Shown here in pieces: positions 44,490 through 53,963 of a DNA stretch of 64,000 nucleotides. Origin of the DNA: Candidatus Acidiferrales bacterium (GTDB lineage Bacteria > Acidobacteriota > Terriglobia > Acidiferrales > UBA7541); contig JBJKQB010000352.1 of assembly GCA_046705825.1 (NCBI GenBank), forward strand, positions 9,013-73,012. Reading direction: 5' to 3'. The stretch's first letter is position 1, and each line of letters begins with the position of its first letter. Made by a program: the position numbers and the translations under genes. The notes beneath the pieces were generated by a model that was not told the DNA's origin, made no database searches, and was given only the letters and a program-made list of their open reading frames with translations.

Positions 44490-45035
44490 TCATTCCCCGC
44501 ACATGGCGCACAATTTCGTCACCGTGTTCCAGTTCCGCGTCGTCGCTCGCACGCCCAACACCTTCTCGATCGCCATGTTCGAAAGCTTCGAGCCGCCGTA
44601 TCCTTCCGGGCAGTGCAGATAGATCTCGGTCCCCAACCAGCGGAAGCGGTCCGCCCCGGCTTTGATCTTAGCCAGCGCCTCGACCGCGCTTTTCGCCGGC
44701 GCTTGCTGCAGAAAGGTGACGTGCAGTCTGGTTGCGTCGATTCCCTTTTCTTTCAGGAACGGATTGGCCGCCAGCACGCCCGCAATTTCTGCCGCTGTCT
44801 TCACCAGCACGGTGACGGGCAGGCGCGTTTCGCCGGCCAACTTGCGTTCGAGCGCCTGCGCCCACTTGGGCGCGGTACCGGCCCCATTGAACACAACGTT
44901 GCCGCTCTGCACGTACGTGCGCACGTTCTTCATGCCGAGCTGCCCGCACAATTCCCTCAGCCGCTCCATCTTCAGCACGTTCTGCCCCACATTCACCCCG
45001 CGCAGCAATGCAACGTAAGTCAGCATAGGAATCAA
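44490..45035 (-). CDS. DUF1697 domain-containing protein
   Basis: YVALLRGVNVGQNVLKMERLRELCGQLGMKNVRTYVQSGNVVF... is typical of DUF1697. Confidence 0.8.
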   Translation of the reverse strand: MIPMLTYVALLRGVNVGQNVLKMERLRELCGQLGMKNVRTYVQSGNVVFNGAGTAPKWAQALERKLAGETRLPVTVLVKTAAEIAGVLAANPFLKEKGIDATRLHVTFLQQAPAKSAVEALAKIKAGADRFRWLGTEIYLHCPEGYGGSKLSNMAIEKVLGVRATTRNWNTVTKLCAMCGE

Positions 45036-45104
45036 CGAAGCTTACATCAATTCGGAAGGTCGCAATGATCGGTCAGCGGCATCCCGTGCCCCCCGGAAGC
45101 TCAT

Positions 45105-45872
45105 CTACCGCGAAGGTGGCCCTGTTCGTCTAACGCTTTCGAGGACGCGATTGATCTGCGGCTGAGTAATCGCCGGAGCCGAGTTGTGTTGGAAGAAGAT
45201 CAGGTCGACGCCGCCGTCGTCGGCGTAGAGTTCATCGCTAATTCGTCGAGGGTGAGCGGCCGGATCACCGAATTGAAAGCCCTTGAAATGCGGCGTCTGC
45301 ACCGAGAAGAGCCCCGAATCAGCCTTCGGCATGGCGATGATTTTCATGGTGAGCAGTGTCATATCGCGAACGGCTCTGGAACGCGACTCGAACGGTTTTA
45401 TGCTGGCTGGCGTCATCGAAAGCATGAGGCGATAGAAATCATAGTCCGACTCGGCTGCCCCTTCGCCGTACACACGGGCAAAAGTTGGGGCGTCGAGATG
45501 AGACATCATCATGACGCCGTTAACGAAATCCTTGGCCGGGAAGCACGAAACCCAGAACGCGTCGCCGGAACGAAAGACGGTGACACTTATCGTCCCCTTG
45601 CTTCTGCTCTTCTGCTCGTCGACGTCGTCCCATGGCAATTCGAATTCATATCCGCAATGAGACAGCCTCGCGTGCGGCGCTGACGAAATCGACAGATTCC
45701 TAAGCGGCACAGGGGTTGCTTTTGCCTCGGGCATATTTCGGAATTCGTAGCGCGACATCAAAGCGGCCGCGTTCTGAGTCCCGAACAGATACACGTAGAC
45801 GCCGACGGCCAGCAGGCTGACTACGAATCTGACCGAGATTCGATCCCATTTGGACACGACTTTACTCCGCAA
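45105..45872 (-). CDS. hypothetical membrane-anchored protein
   Basis: 255 aa with an N-terminal TM segment (VRFVVSLLAVGVYVYLFG). The remainder appears soluble. No family recognised. G+C looks lower than the surroundings. Confidence 0.5.
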   Translation of the reverse strand: MRSKVVSKWDRISVRFVVSLLAVGVYVYLFGTQNAAALMSRYEFRNMPEAKATPVPLRNLSISSAPHARLSHCGYEFELPWDDVDEQKSRSKGTISVTVFRSGDAFWVSCFPAKDFVNGVMMMSHLDAPTFARVYGEGAAESDYDFYRLMLSMTPASIKPFESRSRAVRDMTLLTMKIIAMPKADSGLFSVQTPHFKGFQFGDPAAHPRRISDELYADDGGVDLIFFQHNSAPAITQPQINRVLESVRRTGPPSR

Positions 45873-45996
45873 TCGATGAAAATCTATTTTACGAAGTGGG
45901 TAGGGGCCGGCTCACAAAACCTTCCCGCACTGTTCGATAATAGTAACGACGTTTTCGGAACGCGACGTAACCGGACTGCATGGACGCGAATGTGGC

Positions 45997-46416
45997 TCAG
46001 GACCGCGGCGAGTGCAGCGTAAGGGGAAGAACTTTGGCGTAATTCTTGAAATCGGGATCGGTGGTGAAAATGGGCCAGCCGCGCTTCACAGCGACCGCGC
46101 AAATCAGGATGTCCACAACGGAAACAACAATTCCTTTCGCGCGGCAATCGTTGCCGGCCTTTGCCGCGGCTTCATAATCCGGCGTATCGACCGGTTCGTC
46201 GGGAAACGGGGCAAGAGCATTGCGGAGTTCCTCGTACTGAGCGGCTCGTTTGATCCCCGAGAGCAGTTCCTGGCGGATGAGGCCGATGATCCGCGCGCGG
46301 CTTTCTCCGATTAATTCCGTCAATTCCAGAACCAGCGCTCTTTCTGTGGAAGTGAGGTCCGCAGTCTTCCGGCGGAATGCCAGGGACCAAACAGAGGTAT
46401 CGATCAAGACGTTCAC
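45997..46416 (-). CDS. vapC: type II toxin-antitoxin system VapC family toxin (PIN domain)
   Basis: VLIDTSVWSLAFRR (first acidic residue), ...RQELLSG..., ICAVAVKRGWPIFTTDPDF. The GTG start overlaps the antitoxin stop (GTGA). Confidence 0.85.
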   Translation of the reverse strand: MNVLIDTSVWSLAFRRKTADLTSTERALVLELTELIGESRARIIGLIRQELLSGIKRAAQYEELRNALAPFPDEPVDTPDYEAAAKAGNDCRAKGIVVSVVDILICAVAVKRGWPIFTTDPDFKNYAKVLPLTLHSPRS

Positions 46417-46619
46417 GAGCGTTTCGCGCGGCGCTCTCGCTTGTAATCGTAGCGGGAATCGTATTCCACTGTCCCGAACAACGAAATGATCCTCTGTTGC
46501 TTGCGGCGCCGGACGTATTCGGCGAGCGCCGCATTTACTGTTTCTTTCTTGGTTTTGTGGCGGCCCAGCTTCTGCGCCTGCTCGATCAGAGCGTCGTCGA
46601 TATCGAGATTGGTGGGCAT
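46413..46619 (-). CDS. vapB: type II antitoxin (VapB, DUF2191/Rv0623-like)
   Basis: Start at ATG 46619 with SD aaagagagg. MPTNLDIDDALIEQAQKLGRHKTKKETVNAALAEYVRRRKQQRII is typical of this antitoxin class. The ORF track start at 46736 is rejected. Confidence 0.75.
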   Translation of the reverse strand: MPTNLDIDDALIEQAQKLGRHKTKKETVNAALAEYVRRRKQQRIISLFGTVEYDSRYDYKRERRAKRS

Positions 46620-46643
46620 GCGGTACCTCTCTTTGATCTCCAT

Positions 46644-46672
46644 ATTCTCACACATGTGAATGTGTGATGCAA
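46644..46672 (-). promoter_or_regulatory. putative vapBC promoter with embedded inverted repeat (candidate autoregulatory operator)
   Basis: Minus strand reads TTGCAT (46672..46667), a 17-nt spacer, then GAGAAT (46649..46644). The inverted repeat TCACACAT-GTGA-ATGTGTGA (46648..46667) occupies the spacer. Confidence 0.45.
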
Positions 46673-46820
46673 TGAGTAGCACGTTGTGCGGAAACCAGGG
46701 GGCGTCCCCGATGCGCGCCCTAGACACGAGAAGCACTTTCCCATCAGCCGTTCTCCACGCGCGCCGTGCTGCGTTGCGGATATAATCCGACAGACAAGAA
46801 CACTGCGGGGTTCGCGGAAG

Positions 46821-48380
46821 ATGAAACGTGCCGTTCTGTTAGGTTTCCTCCTGGCGTTCGCCGGCGCGGCGGGCGCGCAAATCATACCCAGGCAAGGGAC
46901 GCCACTGTCGAAGCTGAAGCCGCCTTCGGGCGGCGCCGTGTGCGCCCCGGGGAAATCGTGCTCGGAAATCGCGCCGCAGGTGATTCGCAGCGCGGAAGGC
47001 CCTTCGCCTCTGGCCGAAAATCTGCGCTATCTGGCCGACACCATCGGCGGGCGCGTCACCGGCTCGCAAGCGGCGGACAAGGCCGTGGGCTGGGCCGTCG
47101 AGGCCTTCCGCAATGCCGGCGTGGACGAAGTGCACACCGAAAAGTTCACCATTCCGGAGGGTTGGGCGGAAGGCAAAACCCGCGTCGAGGTGCTGGCGCC
47201 GGTGCCGTTCCCCGTGCGGCTGGTGTCCACCGGATGGTCGCCGCCCACGCCGCAGGGCGGTATCACGGCGGATATCGTCGACGTGGGCGACGGCGATGCG
47301 GCGGGTTTTGCCAAGGCGGGCGATGCCGCGCGTGGCGCGATCGTGCTGGTGCATTCGAAGATCCTGGCCACCTGGAACGACCTCGCGAACGAATATGCGA
47401 TCGGGCCGGGAATCATCGCGCGCGCCGTCCAAGCGGGCGCCGCCGCGATTTTCTGGATGTCGACCCGCCCGGACATGCTGCTTTATCGGCATACCAACAC
47501 CATGGGCGGCAAGCTGGAAGCCCTGCCGCAAGCCATCGTGGCGCGGGAAGACGCGCTGCGCATCGCGCGGTTCCTGGCAGCGGGCGAGCCGGTGCGCGTC
47601 AACTTCGATATGCCGAACAAGGTGAGCGGGCCGGTCGAGTCCGAAAATGTGGTCGCGGAGATTCGCGGAAGCGAAACGCCGGACGATTACGTCCTGCTCG
47701 GAGCGCACCTCGATTCCTGGGATTTGGGCACCGGCGCGCTGGACGATGGCTGCAATGCGGCCATGGTGATCGACGCGGCGCGCGCGCTGCGCGCTTCCGG
47801 AAGCCTGCCGCGGCGTTCGATCCGCTTCGCGCTGTTCACCGGCGAAGAGCAGGGCATGCTGGGCTCGTGGGCGTACGCGCGCGCGCATCGTCACGAACTG
47901 AATCATATGGTCGCGGCGGTCATCTTCGACGGCGGCGATGGCCGCGTGACGGGCTACTCGTTGGGCGGCCGAAGGGACGCACTGGCCGCGGTTCGCCAGG
48001 ATCTCGAACCGTTGCGCCGGCTGGGCATCACGAGTTTCACCCTGGACGCCGGGATGGATACGGATAATTTCGATTTCTTGCTGGAGGGCGTGCCCACGCT
48101 TGTGGCCAATCAAGAGCCGGACGACTACATGCTGAACTACCACGCGTTTTCCGATACCTATGACAAAGTCGACATTCCCGCACTCAAGAAGCAGGTGGCC
48201 GTCGCCGCGCTGACTGCCTACGCCCTGGCCAACAGCGCAAGGCGCGTCGCCCCGCGGCAAACGCGCGCGCAGATCGAGCAGTTGCTGCAGCGCACCGGGC
48301 TTGCACAGGAGATGAAAGCTTTCGGCGTGTGGAGCGCGTGGGAGAGCGGCGAGCGCGGCCGTGCGTTGCAAACGCATTAG
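46821..48380 (+). CDS. M28 family metallopeptidase (aminopeptidase-like, with PA-like insert)
   Basis: Signal peptide MKRAVLLGFLLAFAGAAGAQ. LGAHLDSWDLGTGALDDGCNAA, IRFALFTGEEQGMLGSWAY and YHAFSDTYDKV. Confidence 0.8.
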   Translation: MKRAVLLGFLLAFAGAAGAQIIPRQGTPLSKLKPPSGGAVCAPGKSCSEIAPQVIRSAEGPSPLAENLRYLADTIGGRVTGSQAADKAVGWAVEAFRNAGVDEVHTEKFTIPEGWAEGKTRVEVLAPVPFPVRLVSTGWSPPTPQGGITADIVDVGDGDAAGFAKAGDAARGAIVLVHSKILATWNDLANEYAIGPGIIARAVQAGAAAIFWMSTRPDMLLYRHTNTMGGKLEALPQAIVAREDALRIARFLAAGEPVRVNFDMPNKVSGPVESENVVAEIRGSETPDDYVLLGAHLDSWDLGTGALDDGCNAAMVIDAARALRASGSLPRRSIRFALFTGEEQGMLGSWAYARAHRHELNHMVAAVIFDGGDGRVTGYSLGGRRDALAAVRQDLEPLRRLGITSFTLDAGMDTDNFDFLLEGVPTLVANQEPDDYMLNYHAFSDTYDKVDIPALKKQVAVAALTAYALANSARRVAPRQTRAQIEQLLQRTGLAQEMKAFGVWSAWESGERGRALQTH

Positions 48381-48672
48381 CCGCCCCTCCGTGACTCACA
48401 ACGATCGCCGCCTGCCCGCCCGCGAGCGAGCAGCAGTCGACAATGAACCCGAAGCATCGTCCAAGTTGGCGTTTTGACTCGCCCCCACCCGAATGTCTCT
48501 TCCCGTTAGTCACCTGCCTCGTTAACATTGCGGGCCGCGACGCCCCTTACGTGGGTATCGTGCATCACCCGCTCAAGTGACGGCGGGTATTGTGTCCACA
48601 AACGGGCCCAGCCATGCTCACCTTCCGTCCTCGCTCGGATTACTGCCGCTGCCCGATCCAGGAGGTGTGTCG

Positions 48673-50799
48673 ATGAAACGCAGAGTCATGTTGGCGTGTG
48701 CAGGAGCAGGGCTCTTAGTAAGCGTTCTGGCGGCAGGTTGTGGCAGCGCGGGGCCCAATGTGACGGTAGCGATCACCAGCCCGACCAGCCCGCAAGCGAT
48801 TGAAGCGGGCCAAACGGTCAATGTCACCGCAACGGCTTCGAACAATGGCCTCGACAACCTGACCGTGAACTGGTCGCTCACCGGCACAAACTGCAACGGG
48901 AACGCGTGTGGGACGCTGACGAATCAGACCGGTGCCGCCGTCACGTACACTGCGCCATCGACGCCTCCATCGGCAAATATTACTGTGTATGTGATCGCGA
49001 CAACGACAACGAATCCCGCGCAATCCGCATCACTCCCGATCACCGTTCTGGCGATATCCGTGCAAATGCAGAAAAAGGTCACGGAAGTAGCCGCCATCAG
49101 CGAAAGCTACAACACGTTTGGCGCTTCATTCACTGCCGCCGTGCAGGACGACCCAGCCAACCAGGGCGTGACCTGGACCTTGACCGCGAACGGAGCGGCG
49201 TGCTCCCCGGCCTGCGGCACGCTCTCCGGGGCGAATCCGTACAACGTCCAATACCTGCCTCCCGCCAGCGTTCCCGCCGCGCCGAATAACACCCCGACGA
49301 TCACAGCCGTCTCGATCAGCGATCCTACCAAGACCGATTCGGACACGTTCACCATCTTTGATGGAGCGACCGCCTGCAGCCCGGGCGGGAACGAAAGCCT
49401 GCTCAAGGGAGAGTACGCCATCATGCTGCAGGGCTGGATCGGGAACGGGAGGACGCCGCTTTTGTTCGCCGCCAGTTTTGGAGCGGACGGCACGGGCAAA
49501 ATCACCGGCGGCGCGGATCAATTCGATCCCTTTGTGAAGATGTCCTATGCGGGCGCGTCGATCTTTCCCTCCGCCAGCTCGTATTCCGTTGGGCCGGACA
49601 ATCGCGGGTGTCTCGTGCTGACGGACCAGTTCGACACCACATTCACGTTCCAGTTCTCGCTCGGCGGTGTGAGTGGCGGGACAGCGTCCAAGGGCGACAT
49701 CATCCTCTTTAACCAGCAATCGGCCACCCCGGAGCGCGCCGCGGGCATTCTGCGCCTGCAGGATCCCTTCGCTTTCTCGCTGAGCGCTCTGGCGCCGAAT
49801 TATGGGTTTGGATTGGACGGCTGGGAGAACAGCACCGGTGTCCTCACTCACTTCGCTACGGCTGGAACGCTTGCCCAGAGCGGCGGGAGCTTTTCTCTCG
49901 CGAATTTCGACGCCAACGACGGTGGAGGGCTTGTGACCGCCGGCCTTCAGACCTCGTTCGGAACCATAACCAGTCCCGTATACACAGCGACGGGCATGGC
50001 TACGGCAACCCTGCAAATCGGCGCGCCCTTCTACACGGCCCACGGCGAAATCTACATCATCAACTCGTCGGAGCTGTTTTTCGTTGGCTACGATCTCGGC
50101 GAAGAAGCCAGCGGGCGGCTGATCGCGTCGCCCAGTTCATACAGCGCGTCCTCGCTCGCCCCCACTTACATCTTGCACATGACAGGAAGCCTGGCCACAG
50201 CCGCGTCAGCTTCCATCGGGCAGGTCACCTTCACTCCCGGAACATCGAGCCCTGCCGGGACAACTGGCACGGTTTCGGGAACGTTTTACGACTACACCTT
50301 AGGGACGCCAAGCCAGCAGGGCCTTTCCGGGACCTACGGCTTTGAGAATGGTTCGGGGCGAGTGGGGATTGGGGGGGCGAATGGCGCTACCTCGCCCGTC
50401 TGCTATCTGACCAATCCGTTCGACGGCGTTTCCGGGTTCTGCATCAGCACGGACTCGGCTGCGAGCTTTGGCGTTCTGGCCACGCAGCCGCCGGAGACCT
50501 ACGGCACCAGCTCGCTTTCGGGCAACTTGTTCTTCGGCAGCGGCGAACCGGGCGACAACACCGTGCCCGATATCTCGGGGATTGCCTCGATTTCGTCTGG
50601 AAGTTTGACCGGGACACAGGATGTGAGCGGCCAGGGCGGTCTGACGCTCGACACCGCGATCAGCGCGGCCCTTTCCATCAATGCGGACGGCACCGGCACA
50701 CTGGGCTCCCATGGCGTCGTCGTGACGAACGGTACGGCCCTTTACTTCATCAATGAAGCGAGCGGCGCCCCCGCTGCGGTGCAGGTGTTCGAACCGTAG
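48673..50799 (+). CDS. large secreted lipoprotein with two N-terminal Ig-like Cys-pair modules
   Basis: Start at ATG 48673 with SD ggaggtg. Lipobox LLVSVLAAGCGS. Ser/Thr/Gly-rich beta-type sequence. No family recognised. Confidence 0.65.
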   Translation: MKRRVMLACAGAGLLVSVLAAGCGSAGPNVTVAITSPTSPQAIEAGQTVNVTATASNNGLDNLTVNWSLTGTNCNGNACGTLTNQTGAAVTYTAPSTPPSANITVYVIATTTTNPAQSASLPITVLAISVQMQKKVTEVAAISESYNTFGASFTAAVQDDPANQGVTWTLTANGAACSPACGTLSGANPYNVQYLPPASVPAAPNNTPTITAVSISDPTKTDSDTFTIFDGATACSPGGNESLLKGEYAIMLQGWIGNGRTPLLFAASFGADGTGKITGGADQFDPFVKMSYAGASIFPSASSYSVGPDNRGCLVLTDQFDTTFTFQFSLGGVSGGTASKGDIILFNQQSATPERAAGILRLQDPFAFSLSALAPNYGFGLDGWENSTGVLTHFATAGTLAQSGGSFSLANFDANDGGGLVTAGLQTSFGTITSPVYTATGMATATLQIGAPFYTAHGEIYIINSSELFFVGYDLGEEASGRLIASPSSYSASSLAPTYILHMTGSLATAASASIGQVTFTPGTSSPAGTTGTVSGTFYDYTLGTPSQQGLSGTYGFENGSGRVGIGGANGATSPVCYLTNPFDGVSGFCISTDSAASFGVLATQPPETYGTSSLSGNLFFGSGEPGDNTVPDISGIASISSGSLTGTQDVSGQGGLTLDTAISAALSINADGTGTLGSHGVVVTNGTALYFINEASGAPAAVQVFEP

Positions 50800-51034
50800 C
50801 CGATGCTCCCAAAGAACCGCCGAAGCGCGGTCCAGAATCCATTGGTTCTCGCCGGGAAGTCCCGGGCATGCAATCTTTTAGCGTGGCTGGCCCTGGGCTT
50901 GATGAGTGTGCTGCAGCCGTGCCGGACTGGAACCAACCTGCCACTTGGGGTTTTCGATATGCTGCGGCGGACGCGTATAATAAGCGGAGTAATCATCATC
51001 CAGCCGCTAGGCGCTCCGGGCGGCTGTCTTCGCA

Positions 51035-51502
51035 GTGACTGGGGAAACCAAAGCGCGGCGAATCCTGGCCATCGACTACGGTCGGCGAAAGATTGGTCTC
51101 GCGCTTTCGGATGAATTAGGGCTGACGGCGCAGCCCCTGGCGACTGTTCTCCGCGTGAACCGCCGAACGGATCTGAAGCGGCTGGGGCAAATTTGCAGGG
51201 AAAATCGCGTGGGGCGGGTGATTGTGGGGCACCCTTTGCATTTAAGCGGCGAAGCAGGCGAAATGGCAGCCGAAACTGCACGTTTTGCGGCACGATTGCG
51301 CGAAGCCACCGGGATCCAAACCGAGCTGGTGGACGAGCGGCTGACCTCCTGGCAGGCGCAGCAAATTGCCGCTGAGCTGTCCTCTTCCGGTTCGCGGCGG
51401 CGAAAGGACGGCCCGCTCGATGATCTAGCCGCGGCCATTCTGCTGCGCGAGTATCTTGAGCGGGGCAAGCCGAATGCGCAGGCCGCAACGGAGACGCGAT
51501 AA
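51035..51502 (+). CDS. ruvX: Holliday junction resolvase-like protein RuvX/YqgF
   Basis: RILAIDYGRRKIGLALSDELGLTAQPL, VIVGHPLHLSGEAGE and LVDERLTS. GTG start. Confidence 0.85.
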   Translation: MTGETKARRILAIDYGRRKIGLALSDELGLTAQPLATVLRVNRRTDLKRLGQICRENRVGRVIVGHPLHLSGEAGEMAAETARFAARLREATGIQTELVDERLTSWQAQQIAAELSSSGSRRRKDGPLDDLAAAILLREYLERGKPNAQAATETR

Positions 51503-51505
51503 CCG

Positions 51506-52558
51506 ATGATCCGACGCCTAGGACTGGTCGCTCTCCTGGTGATCGCGGCGATTGGCGCCGCCGCGGGATGGCTGGAAATCCAGATCGACAAGCCCTATCG
51601 CGGCCACCGGCCGGCCAAGACCTACGTCGATATTCCGCACGGCACCTCGCGCTGGCGCATTGCCGGAATCCTGTCTCACGACGACGTGATCCGCAACCGC
51701 CTGGCCTTCCTGCTGTTCAGCGAATGGCATCACAAGGAACCCATGCAGGCCGGAGAATACCTGATCGACCGGCCGATGAACTCGCGCGAAGTCTTCTGGA
51801 AGATCGCGAAGGGCCACATTTTCGTTCATACCGTGGTGATTCCGGAAGGCTGGACGATGTACGACATCGCGAACGAGCTGGAGCGGCAGCACCTCTGCAC
51901 CCGCAACCAGTTTTTGGGCGCGGCGCACGACGTCTCGCTGATCTCCGACCTGGCGCCGCACGCGCGGAGCCTGGAGGGGTTTCTGTTCCCTTCGACCTAC
52001 GAATTCACGCGCCATGCGACGTGCGACGATGTGGTGAAACGCATGGTCGCGGATTTCCGCGCGGTATGGAGCAGCCTCGATCCGGGCAATTCGCTGACTG
52101 TGCCGCAGGGATTGTCGCTCGAGCAGGTGGTCACTCTGGCCTCGCTGGTGGAACGCGAGACGCCCAACGCGCAGGAGAGGCCGCTTGTCGCCGGGGTGTT
52201 CTACAACCGGCTGCACCTGGGCTACCCGCTGCAGTGCGATCCGACAATCCAGTATGCGTTCGAATTGAGCGGGCGCGTGGACCACGACGTCCGTCCCGCC
52301 GACCTGCGCATCAATTCTCCGTACAACACGTACGAGCACCGCGGCCTCCCGCCGGGTCCCATCGCGAATCCGGGCGAGGCCTCGCTGCAGGCCGCGCTGG
52401 CGCCGGCCAAGACCGACTACCTGTATTTCGTGGCCAACGCGCAGGGCGGGCACTACTTCAGCAAGACATTGGCGGAACATGACCGCGCTGTGAATCGCTT
52501 GCGCCACGCCCTGGAGAGCGAGGCGGGCGATCCGAGCGGCAAGAAGAGCAAAAACTAG
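51506..52558 (+). CDS. mltG: endolytic murein transglycosylase MltG (YceG-like)
   Basis: N-terminal TM anchor, VVIPEGWT, LEGFLFPSTYEF, ASLVERET, VFYNRL...LQCDPT and NSPYNTYEHRGLPPGPIANPG. Confidence 0.9.
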   Translation: MIRRLGLVALLVIAAIGAAAGWLEIQIDKPYRGHRPAKTYVDIPHGTSRWRIAGILSHDDVIRNRLAFLLFSEWHHKEPMQAGEYLIDRPMNSREVFWKIAKGHIFVHTVVIPEGWTMYDIANELERQHLCTRNQFLGAAHDVSLISDLAPHARSLEGFLFPSTYEFTRHATCDDVVKRMVADFRAVWSSLDPGNSLTVPQGLSLEQVVTLASLVERETPNAQERPLVAGVFYNRLHLGYPLQCDPTIQYAFELSGRVDHDVRPADLRINSPYNTYEHRGLPPGPIANPGEASLQAALAPAKTDYLYFVANAQGGHYFSKTLAEHDRAVNRLRHALESEAGDPSGKKSKN

Positions 52559-52562
52559 ACCT

Positions 52563-53156
52563 ATGGGCGCCACTCCTCAGAAAAAACATGCCGCTAAAAA
52601 TGACGGGCCGACCAAGAAGGCCGTCATTCTGAAAATCGCGCGCGAACTGGGGCAGGAGCGCTTCACGCCGGCCGAAATCGGCGAGATTTGCCGCCGCGTG
52701 GTCGCCGAAGCGGGAGCCGGCGCGCGCACCTCGCCCGACTACGTCACCAGCGTGCTGAAAGACGCGGGGCTGCGCATCGCCTGGTCCGCGCGGGAAGAAA
52801 CGGAAGAGCGCTACGAAGAAGAGTTCAAGGAACTGCTGCATTTCGGCGATCTCGAAGAGGCCGAAATGTGCATCGTCCGGCTGGACGAGCTCCTGCGAAA
52901 ATTCGAAGGGCTGAAGGAGCGTGCCGCCACCGAGCGGGTGCGCGAAGTGGCGCGCCTGGGGCGTCGCCGGGCGGAGATGATCGCGCACAACTCGAAAGTG
53001 GACGCTCCCAAGCGCGAAGAAAAGGCCGAAATCGCTCGCTGGTTCGCCATCTGGCTCGAAACGCCCGACGCCTTCTTCGACTGGCTGGAAGTCCGCAAAC
53101 AATCGCCGGAATTTCGCGGCAAATTCGGCGCGCCTGGCGCGCAAGACGCGCTGTAG
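52563..53156 (+). CDS. hypothetical charged, probably helical protein
   Basis: 197 aa, starting 4 nt after the mltG stop. Glu/Arg/Lys-rich (EETEERYEEEFKELLHFGDLEEAE). No family recognised. Confidence 0.5.
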   Translation: MGATPQKKHAAKNDGPTKKAVILKIARELGQERFTPAEIGEICRRVVAEAGAGARTSPDYVTSVLKDAGLRIAWSAREETEERYEEEFKELLHFGDLEEAEMCIVRLDELLRKFEGLKERAATERVREVARLGRRRAEMIAHNSKVDAPKREEKAEIARWFAIWLETPDAFFDWLEVRKQSPEFRGKFGAPGAQDAL

Positions 53157-53252
53157 ACTCCCCACTCCAATTGGTTTAGGTTTAGCAGTGGCGCTGCCAC
53201 GCGCGGCTGCTGGCCGCGCTCGCTGGTGAAATCCGAATTTCCCGGATCGATC

Positions 53253-53813
53253 ATGTCCCTTTACCTGCTGGAAGTCGAACCGCTCGATCTGGGCCCGGAT
53301 GTGCGGGCCATCGGGCTGGAGCTGGGCGAAGCGGATGAAAACCGCGAACCCGCGCGCGGTTTGGAGGCGGCGAAGATCTGGAGCCGCGTGTTGCGCTCGA
53401 CGGCGGCGAACGAGACGTGGGCGCTCGATTTCTTCAGCCACCTCGACCGCGTGCGCGATTTCTGCGACCGCCACCACATCGCCTACCGCAACGCGAGTCA
53501 GCGCTCGATCGTCGTTCCCTCGCCCCCGCCGGCTCAGTTGCAGGGCCTGCTTGATCGCTTTCAAAACGAAACCTTTGGAGCGCGCGCTGGGGCGCTGCTC
53601 GAGGCGGGCGACCCGCAGGTCGAGGGCGAGCTGGCGCGCCAGGGCGTCGATGCCTACAAGGCGGCGTTTCCGAAATACGCGTTTTGCGCCGTGTGCAATT
53701 TCGAGGATGGCTCGCTGGTCCTGCTGAGCGAGAATCTGTGGGCCAGCGAGGTGATTCGCCGGGTGCGTCCGGCGCTGGACGGGTTGGGCGTGGAGGTCCA
53801 GCTCCCTTCCTGA
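53253..53813 (+). CDS. hypothetical protein
   Basis: 186 aa from ATG 53253; the ORF track uses GTG at 53226. G/C-rich third codon positions. No family recognised. Confidence 0.45.
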   Translation: MSLYLLEVEPLDLGPDVRAIGLELGEADENREPARGLEAAKIWSRVLRSTAANETWALDFFSHLDRVRDFCDRHHIAYRNASQRSIVVPSPPPAQLQGLLDRFQNETFGARAGALLEAGDPQVEGELARQGVDAYKAAFPKYAFCAVCNFEDGSLVLLSENLWASEVIRRVRPALDGLGVEVQLPS

Positions 53814-53963
53814 TTCCGCCCGCCGCCGCGGCAGGAGTGGTATAAAATCCAGATTCTGCGGCGGCCGGGAACTCGACGACGGCGATTTTCGGGGCGAATT
53901 GCAGTTTCAGCAAGACGAAATTCCGGGCCTGATGTCTGTACACGTGAAAAAGGAGATGCGAAC

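Noticed and set aside
50953-50981. Perfect TATAAT (50976..50981) about 54 nt upstream of ruvX as a promoter
   Set aside because: The corresponding -35 region (TTCGAT/TTTCGA) is poor and there is no extended -10 element. This is too weak to list as a feature. A similar isolated TATAAT at 46781..46786 upstream of the M28 gene was treated the same way.
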